A stretch of DNA of 62,935 bases from positions 1-62,935 of the forward strand of contig JBARZM010000115.1 in NCBI GenBank assembly GCA_049650095.1. The letters run 5' to 3'. The translations under genes and the position numbers were made by a program. This document shows, in pieces, positions 59,456 to 62,935 of the stretch. Every line of letters begins with the position of its first letter. The stretch's first letter is position 1. The notes below the pieces were generated by a model, which was not told the DNA's origin, ran no database searches, and was given only the letters and a program-made list of their open reading frames with translations. The stretch comes from Rubrobacteraceae bacterium (lineage in GTDB: Bacteria; Actinomycetota; Rubrobacteria; Rubrobacterales; Rubrobacteraceae).

Positions 59456-60934
59456 TTAACCGCCCGGTTTCTTTACCGAAGAGGCCGTTTCTCCGGCCAG
59501 GTGGGCCCTAATTATGTTCGTGGCCACGGGGATGGCGGGGGTATCGGCGTTTCCTTCGGCGTCTAGCTCGGCGCCGTTCTCGATCATCACGGCCACCGCT
59601 ATATCCGGGTCGTCGGCGGGGGCGAAGGATATCCACCAGGAATGGGGGTCCCCAGAGGAGTTCTGGGCGGTGCCGGTCTTGCCGGCGACCTCGACGCCGG
59701 GGATTTGGGCCGCCGTCAGGTTTCCCTCGGTGACGACCTGGCGCATCATGCTGCTTAGCTCGCCCGCCGTGCCCTCCGGCAGCGCGCGGGTACGGACGCT
59801 GGACGCGCTCCTGTCGAGTATGACGCCGTCGGGAGAGCGGACCTCTTTCACGACCCGGGGCTGCATTATCTCGCCGCCGTTCGCGACCCCGGCGGCCACC
59901 AGCGCCATCTGGAAGACGTTCGAAAGGACCGGACCCTGGCCGAAAGCTACCTGGGCCGTGGTCCCGCTCGTCCACTCCGAGGGCGGCGCCCCGAGGTCGC
60001 TGGGAGACACGGGCAGCGGGAAGTCCTCGTAGCTGTCACCGTAACCGAAAGCCTGGGCCATGTCTGAAAGCCTCTGGGGGCCGAGTATCTCCACCCCGAT
60101 CTTGGCGAATATGGCGTTGATGGAGAAGACCAGGGACTGCGTGAACGTTACTTCGCCGTAGTCTCTGTTCCGGTAGTTGTTGACGGTGTATCCGGGCAGC
60201 TCGTAGGTGCCGGAATCGAAGAACTCGCGCGTCGGCTCCACGCCGTCCTCCAAAGCCGCGGCGGCGGTGATGACCTTGAATGTGGAGCCAGGTGCGTAGA
60301 GTCCCTGGGTCGCCCGGTTCAGGAGCGGTTGGTTCGGGTCGTTCTGTATCTCCTCGAACCGCTCGTCGATGTTATTCGGGTCGTAAGACGGGTAAGAGGC
60401 CAGGGCCAGGATCTCACCAGTCTTCGGGTTTAGGGCGACGGCGGAGCCCCGGCCCGTGTTGCTCGCGGCGATGCTGTCGTAGGCGACACGCTGGAGCTCG
60501 GGGTCGAGGGTCAGTTCGATGTTGTTGCCGGCCTCGGGGCCGCCGGTCATCTGGTTTATCAGCTCGTCCACGGTGGCCGGGTTGCCGGCGTTGCTGGAGA
60601 GGTTCGAGTTCTCGCCGGCCTCGATGCCGGTCTTGTCGTACTGGATGCTCCAGTAGCCAACTATGTTCGAGAACAGCGGCCCCTGGGGATAGACCCGGTC
60701 GTAGACGGTACCCGAGCCCGTCTCGCGCGGCTCGCTCTCCGCCAGCACCGTCTCGCCGTCGCCCGCCAGGATCATACCCCGCGGCGTCGAGACGTCTTGA
60801 CGGGCCTGGAGGTTGTTGGCGGGGTTGTTCGCCAGTGATTCCTGGGCATAGACCTGCCAGTAAGCCAGCACCCCGACCATGGCGACGAACCCCAGCGCGA
60901 AGAGGTAGAAAGTGCGCCGGACCGGGGCGTTCAA
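59456..60934 (-). CDS. pbpA: Class B penicillin-binding protein (transpeptidase)
   Basis: 492 aa with an N-terminal TM helix and STFK, SIN and KTGT motifs. Confidence 0.88.
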   Translation of the reverse strand: MNAPVRRTFYLFALGFVAMVGVLAYWQVYAQESLANNPANNLQARQDVSTPRGMILAGDGETVLAESEPRETGSGTVYDRVYPQGPLFSNIVGYWSIQYDKTGIEAGENSNLSSNAGNPATVDELINQMTGGPEAGNNIELTLDPELQRVAYDSIAASNTGRGSAVALNPKTGEILALASYPSYDPNNIDERFEEIQNDPNQPLLNRATQGLYAPGSTFKVITAAAALEDGVEPTREFFDSGTYELPGYTVNNYRNRDYGEVTFTQSLVFSINAIFAKIGVEILGPQRLSDMAQAFGYGDSYEDFPLPVSPSDLGAPPSEWTSGTTAQVAFGQGPVLSNVFQMALVAAGVANGGEIMQPRVVKEVRSPDGVILDRSASSVRTRALPEGTAGELSSMMRQVVTEGNLTAAQIPGVEVAGKTGTAQNSSGDPHSWWISFAPADDPDIAVAVMIENGAELDAEGNADTPAIPVATNIIRAHLAGETASSVKKPGG

Positions 60935-62235
60935 AGCGCCGCCTCCGGCTCGTAGTCCTCCGACTCCCGGCGCCCGGCGTTCTCGGAGACCACCAGGAGC
61001 AGGCCCGTCAGGATGAAGCTGCCGACGACCGAGGAGCCGCCGTAGGAGATAAACGGCAGGGTGATGCCGGTAAGCGGTATGGCCTTCATCACGCCCCCGA
61101 CTATAACGAGCGTCTGGAGGGCGAACATCGAGGTCAGGCCGTAGGCGAGGAGCTTCGAGGCGTCGTCGGAGGCGAGCATGGAAATTTTGATGCCCCGGTA
61201 GACGAAGATGAGGAACGCCAACAGCACGACCGTGCCCCCAAGCAACCCGAGTTCGCTGGCTACGGTCGAGAAGATGAAGTCCGTCTGGACTTCGGGGATG
61301 GTTTGGGAGAAACCTTCCCCGAGCCCGGTGCCCAGGATGCCGCCGTTAGAGATGTTGAAGAGGCTCTGGACGATTTGGTATCCGGCGCCGTTCGGGTCCT
61401 GCCACGGGTCGAGCCAGTTGTTTACCCGGATCTGGACGCGTCCGATCAGCAGGTACGCCAGGTAGGAACCGCCGGCGAAGAGCAGGCCGCCGAGGATCAA
61501 GTACGCGATCCGGCCCGTCGCCACGTACAGCATCAAAAGCGGGACGGCGAAGAAGAGCAAACTGCTCCCCAAATCTTTCTCGACGACCAAAATCCCCAGA
61601 GACAGCGCCCAAACCACGGCCACCGGCCCGAAGTATTTGAGCGACGGGAGTTGGATGCCGAGGAAGGACCGGCTGGTGGCCGCCATCACGGCGCGGGTGT
61701 CGGCCAGGTACCCGGCGAAAAAGAAGACCAGCGCGATGCGGGCGAACTCCGAAGGTTGGAAGTTGACCGGGCCTATGGCCACCCAGAGCCGGGCGCCGTT
61801 GACCTCGTACCCCAGGGGCGTGAAGGTCAGGGCTATGAGGGCCAGGCCGCCGAGGGCCAGGAGGTACTTGTATTCGAAGATGGAATGGTAGTTGCTGCGG
61901 AAAAACAACACGATGAAAAGCATCGCGGCGCTGCCGACCAGGATCCAGAGCGCCTGCGTCGTCGCCAGGTTCTCGACGCCCTCCACGTTGTAGGTGAGTC
62001 GGTAGATGGTGACCAGCCCGATCCCGGTCAGGAACGTTACCAGCGGTACGAGCAGCACGTCCGAGTGGGGCAACCACACCCGGATAAAGAGATATACACC
62101 GAACAAAACCCCGGCGTAGTAGGCTCCGTAGATGAGCGGCGGGCTCGTGGCTTCCTGGGCGAAGACCAGGGTGGCGAAACCCACGGTCGTCACCAGCAAG
62201 GCTAGTATCATCGGAACTGTAGCGCGCTGGGCCAC
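60931..62235 (-). CDS. rodA: SEDS-family peptidoglycan glycosyltransferase (FtsW/RodA)
   Basis: 434 aa and polytopic. LPEVQTDFIFS and ITLPFISYGGSS motifs. 4-nt overlap with pbpA. Confidence 0.9.
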   Translation of the reverse strand: MAQRATVPMILALLVTTVGFATLVFAQEATSPPLIYGAYYAGVLFGVYLFIRVWLPHSDVLLVPLVTFLTGIGLVTIYRLTYNVEGVENLATTQALWILVGSAAMLFIVLFFRSNYHSIFEYKYLLALGGLALIALTFTPLGYEVNGARLWVAIGPVNFQPSEFARIALVFFFAGYLADTRAVMAATSRSFLGIQLPSLKYFGPVAVVWALSLGILVVEKDLGSSLLFFAVPLLMLYVATGRIAYLILGGLLFAGGSYLAYLLIGRVQIRVNNWLDPWQDPNGAGYQIVQSLFNISNGGILGTGLGEGFSQTIPEVQTDFIFSTVASELGLLGGTVVLLAFLIFVYRGIKISMLASDDASKLLAYGLTSMFALQTLVIVGGVMKAIPLTGITLPFISYGGSSVVGSFILTGLLLVVSENAGRRESEDYEPEAAL

Positions 62236-62240
62236 TTCGG

Positions 62241-62935
62241 CTACCTTCTCAGATCCCGCAGAACGTCATTGACCTGGCTCTTGGTGTAGAGTTTTTGCTG
62301 TCCTATAGGCTCCCGGTACGGCCCCTTTACCTCGGAACGCTCGATGCCCGGCCGCCGCCATTCTTCGTTGAACTTGAAGCCTAGCACTTCGTAGGGTAAC
62401 CCCTGGTACGCCACTACCTCGCCACCCTCGAAGTCTAAAAAATACCGGCTGGAACCCCACAAGTAGACCGGCGTCAACGCCAAAAGGACGACCAACACGA
62501 CCGCCACGGCCCGCAAGAGACCGGTGATCGCCCGCCGGTAAACCCCTCCCCGCCGCCGCTTTTTGCGGGTCGTCTTGCGGCTCCGCCGGGCGGAAGATGG
62601 TGCCTCGCTGGCGGCGCCCCGGTTGCTTTCTCCAGACCGGTCTCTGGTCCGGGCACGGTCTCTGGTCCGGTCTCGGGGGGCGGTTTGGGTGGCGGTTCCC
62701 AGGCTTTCAGGGCGGCTTACGGCCTTCATCTCTTCGGTGCCGCCGGCCTTGCCCCTGGGTGATGAAGCGGGGCTGGGGGGACGGCGTTCTTCGCGCTTTT
62801 TCACGTCTACGAGCACGATGGTTATGTTGTCGGCCCCGCCGGCTTCGAGGGCTTCGGAGAGCAACTGCCGGGCCGGGCCTTCGGGGTTTTCGGAGGGCCC
62901 GGTGAGGATCTCCGCGATGCGGTCTTCCGGGACCA
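62241..62935 (-). CDS. pstP: PP2C Ser/Thr phosphatase (PstP-like), N-terminus outside window
   Basis: The frame is open to the window edge (manual check of 62865-62935). It contains the end of the PP2C domain (GGADNITIVLVDV), an Arg/Ser-rich linker, a TM helix and an extracellular tail. Conserved position upstream of rodA. Confidence 0.8.
   Translation of the reverse strand, partial: VPEDRIAEILTGPSENPEGPARQLLSEALEAGGADNITIVLVDVKKREERRPPSPASSPRGKAGGTEEMKAVSRPESLGTATQTAPRDRTRDRARTRDRSGESNRGAASEAPSSARRSRKTTRKKRRRGGVYRRAITGLLRAVAVVLVVLLALTPVYLWGSSRYFLDFEGGEVVAYQGLPYEVLGFKFNEEWRRPGIERSEVKGPYREPIGQQKLYTKSQVNDVLRDLRR

Overview
High-GC chromosomal window spanning the replication origin of a Gram-positive, Actinobacteria-like organism. 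The gene content looks deep-branching and Rubrobacter-like, but that is a guess I cannot verify here.

Layout:
- 1-14.8 kb, all minus strand: a purine/urate catabolic supercluster. It holds a three-subunit xanthine dehydrogenase, an NCS2 permease, uricase, HIU hydrolase, OHCU decarboxylase, two NCS1 permeases, allantoate amidohydrolase and allantoinase. A roughly 1.4-kb AT-richer island carrying a Clp-fold (SDH-family) protease interrupts it.
- 15-25 kb: leuS, a TetR plus FAD-monooxygenase pair, small housekeeping or unknown genes, a PucR HTH-only ORF, mop, modAB and a secreted lytic transglycosylase.
- 25-42 kb: the origin block parB-parA-rsmG-jag-yidC-yidD-rnpA-rpmH, then (GHKL-wHTH ORF)-dnaA-oriC-dnaN-yaaA-recF-gyrB-gyrA. 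There are two consensus parS sites. There are 3 DnaA boxes upstream of the extra ORF and 19 in the dnaA-dnaN spacer, plus an AT-rich unwinding element.
- gyrB carries a 435-aa HNH-type intein in the Toprim motif.
- 42-63 kb: a NYN-LOTUS protein, RNase P RNA, an Sdh1-type succinate dehydrogenase operon and tRNA-Gly(CCC). Next come NUDIX, a CNNM/CorC protein, a CoaC-like flavoprotein, a compositionally foreign MFS sugar porter next to a coaC 5' remnant, and an SDR. The window ends with a coiled-coil beta-CASP nuclease and the actinobacterial pknB-pbpA-rodA-pstP cluster (pstP truncated).

No CRISPR array, transposase, integrase or rRNA was seen.

The best candidates for undescribed biology are the GHKL-ATPase/wHTH gene abutting dnaA, the permease fused to a degenerate OHCU-decarboxylase domain, the protease island, and the coiled-coil beta-CASP module. 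None amounts to a demonstrated new system.
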